From Heterodontus francisci (lineage: Eukaryota): a DNA stretch of 64,000 nt. The position numbers and the translations under genes are program-made. Shown here piece after piece: positions 61,390 through 64,000 of this stretch. The notes beneath the pieces are model-generated. The model ran no database searches. It was given only the letters and a program-made list of their open reading frames with translations, and was not told the DNA's origin. Position 1 is the first letter of the stretch. Each line of letters opens with the position of its first letter. The stretch covers positions 70,528,741 through 70,592,740 of the forward strand of contig NC_090394.1 of assembly GCF_036365525.1 (NCBI RefSeq), given 5' to 3'.

Positions 61390-61820
61390 GGTTGGCATCC
61401 TTCCATCTATGAAAGATGATGGACATGCAGCAAACAATCCATTTAAGTGGGGGTGTCTTCTCTTGGTGCACCTTTGCTGATGGCTGTGAAGGTCAATCCG
61501 TGAGAGACAGGTTCTGCCACAAGGTGCTGCATGCGAAGCTGCCAAGTGACGCTGTGAGTTGTTTTTGACGTTAGCGCCTGTTGCCAAGCTGTTGTAGCAA
61601 CTGGTCATCGTGGTAGTACACACCAGTCCACAGGATGTCGCCATTTCCATCTTTTGCCAGCTAGTGTCTCCCAGGTGCGATAGTCGACATTTAGGGCCTT
61701 CATATCATGCTGGCAAGCATCCTTAAAGTGGAGCTTTGGACACCCCAATGGTCGTCTGGCCCCGGCTACCTCACCATACAGAAGGTCCTTGGGTATGCGA
61801 CTGTCTTCCATCCTGCGGGC
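61390..61820 (-). mobile_element. RTE-clade LINE 3' fragment
   Basis: MEDSRIPKDLLYGEV...RPLGCPKLHFKDAC..DMKAL......WETLA..R.KWR and C-terminal CGRTCLSRI.LHSHQQRC are typical of RTE/BovB-like ORF ends. Confidence 0.8.
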
Positions 61821-61854
61821 ACAGGTGTATCATTGCATGCTAAATGAAAAGAAA

Positions 61855-61980
61855 GACATGCATTTATAAAGCGCCTTTCACAACCTCAGGTCATCTCAAA
61901 GAACTTTACAGCTAATGAAGTACTTTTTGAAGTGCAATCACTGTTGTAATGTAGGGAAATGCAGCAGCCAATTTGCACAC
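61855..61980 (-). mobile_element. Deu-SINE tail
   Basis: GCATTTATAAAGCGCCTTTCACAACCTCAGG...GCAGCCAATTTGCAC. Confidence 0.7.
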
Positions 61981-63559
61981 ACCGCTTTTAACATAAAAGT
62001 AATTCATTATGTGCATAACAATGTTGAAACGTTTGAGAGAGATGTTGCAAAGTTTTATATTGTTATATCTTTCTCAGCTACTGACTAGATAAGCAGGCTG
62101 AGATGTCACTGGAGTTAAGATTAATCATTTCGAGTGGAAGTCAGTTAAACACACATTTGGTCCTGCATAACATTTTTGTTGCACCATTGTAGGGTTAGAC
62201 ATAAATCCTGGCCTGGAATAAAAGCTGACGTGAATTCATCTCCTTTGGTAGACAGATTTTGCTCGATTCATGCCTGGCTTTTCCCCTTTCTCTTTCCACC
62301 TCCTAAAGTTGTAAAAAAAAACTTCAGGACAGTGCCAAATCTGCAGATCAGTGAACCGGATAATTTTCCTATTGATTTGGTGGAAGTCAACAGTGTCCTT
62401 AATATCAGGCAGTAAAGTATGAAATAAAGGTTCTTAACCCATATATTTCCAAAATGGTAGGTGTTAGGCAAGGAACAAAGCAAGGTTCACTGAATGGGAC
62501 CATACTTAAATAATGTATAAAATGTGGGTTATGGGTGCATTATGTTTGGTTGTTTGCCAAATTGTTCAAATGTGACCACCACATTGAAACATGTATTGTG
62601 CTGTACTTTATCTGGGCATGTTATTTTAATATTTTCATATTGATATATCTGCTTAAATAAAAAAAGGGGAACTCATTAATTCAGACCCTGCATGGATAGT
62701 GCTAACGCATACAGTGGTTTGATTGCTACATTGATAGATGGGCATGACTTGTACCGTGAGGGACAGCGAAGCAATTGTAGAGCAGATTGGGCATTAAATC
62801 CAAGGCTGGATTTTTAGCTTTTCCCATGTTTAACTGTGTTCAGCCTTCAACTTTAGTGTGGATTTTGTGGTTGCTGTTTTCCTTTAAAATAGTCAGAAAA
62901 TGTAAGTGGAGAGGCCAAAGAGCAGTAGATCTGTGTGGTTATATTGTGCGGCAGCCCACTGTAAAAAAAAAAAATAGTGGTCAACCCGTTGTGCCTGAAA
63001 TTTCACCAGCTGCGTAAAAAGAAACGCAAGACCACCGTTTACATGCAATGATGCTGGTCACATCAGCTAAGCTACGAGCAAACATGGGATTGCTTCTTCC
63101 TGCAGGCACCTCCACTGTCTTCACACTTCCATACAATCTTCTTTTCAGCCAGGAGAATGGGCTGGTTAAGCCTGAAGTCAACAGCATCGCTACTGCCAAC
63201 CATCGCCAGCAGAAATAACATATGCTTAGAATAATGTGGACTCCTCTAATAATTCTTTAAAACATCTGCCCAAGGTGACAGCTCTTCAATAAAGAGACAC
63301 CTCATACAATAATCAGCCTAGGAACCTGTAGGATCGTTCCAGTTTAGTAGTAATAATTGGAAATGACAGGCACGTTTGAGATTTAAACCTGGGTCACCAT
63401 AGCGAGAGACTGTCTACCAGTATAGCTATCGAAATGATCCATTTTTACCCTGCTCCTCCTCCCATCACAGCATTTTTAATGTTCACAATATCATTGTTTA
63501 ATGTTTTGCACAGTAGCACTGACTGACCAGGGAACTGGGTGTAATTTCCAATAACTGGC

Positions 63560-63930
63560 TCTTTACTGTTGTTATGTAGAAAACATGGCAGCCAATTTGT
63601 GCACGGCAAGGTCCCACAAATAGCAATGAGATAAACAGCCAGATAAACTTTTTATAGTGATGTACTTTTTTAGGGATAAACATTGGCCAGGACACCAGAG
63701 GGAACTCTTCTTCGATATATTGCCGTGGGATCTTTTACATCCATCAGTCAGGCCAGGTTGGGCCTCGGTTTAACATCTCATCCAAAAGGTGGTTCTGCTG
63801 CCAGTGCAGCACTCCCTCAGTACTGTATGGAAAGTGTCAGCCTAAACTTTGTGTTCAAGTCTTCAGAGTGGAACATGAACCTATAACCAAATGACTCAGA
63901 GGCGAGGGCGCTGTTTACTGAGCCACATGT
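63560..63930 (-). mobile_element. Deu-SINE
   Basis: Homologous to the 10440 copy. Confidence 0.75.
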
Positions 63931-64000
63931 TTACTGCTCACAGCAAGGCTTGGTGCATCCAATACACCCGCATTTGAAAATTATGCTTCTTTTCTTGGTT

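Larger units (their letters stand above)
493..64000 (+). other. Intron 1 of the PKD1-like gene (runs off the window)
   Basis: Consensus donor GTAAGT at 493-498. By eye I found no 72-bp phase-2 LRR exon (D[LV]S.N.L..L pattern) downstream; the content is mostly repeats. Confidence 0.6.

Overview
Eukaryotic vertebrate DNA, almost certainly a cartilaginous fish (shark/ray), judged from HE1-type V-SINEs, SacSINE1-type Deu-SINEs and HER1-like CR1 LINEs. The window opens with a CpG-rich 5' region and the first coding exon of a polycystin-1 (PKD1)-like gene (signal peptide plus LRR N-cap, phase-2 GT donor at 493). The other ~63.5 kb appears to be intron 1; I could not find exon 2. The intron is a dense, nested mosaic of CR1, L2, RTE, Penelope, LTR, hAT and Harbinger-type elements and three SINE families. 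Highlights: (1) an intact, young ~5.4 kb CR1 LINE with six identical 217-bp 5' monomers; (2) a coronavirus-type U_UUA_AAC slippery site conserved at the ORF1/ORF2 junction of three divergent CR1 copies, with ORF2 in the -1 frame and, in the intact copy, no AUG before the endonuclease; (3) minimal hammerhead ribozymes in Penelope-like fragments; (4) a ~2.3 kb inversion with an inverted ~330-bp duplication that splits a SINE. Repeat names come from recalled family features, not a database search, and boundaries of decayed repeats are approximate.
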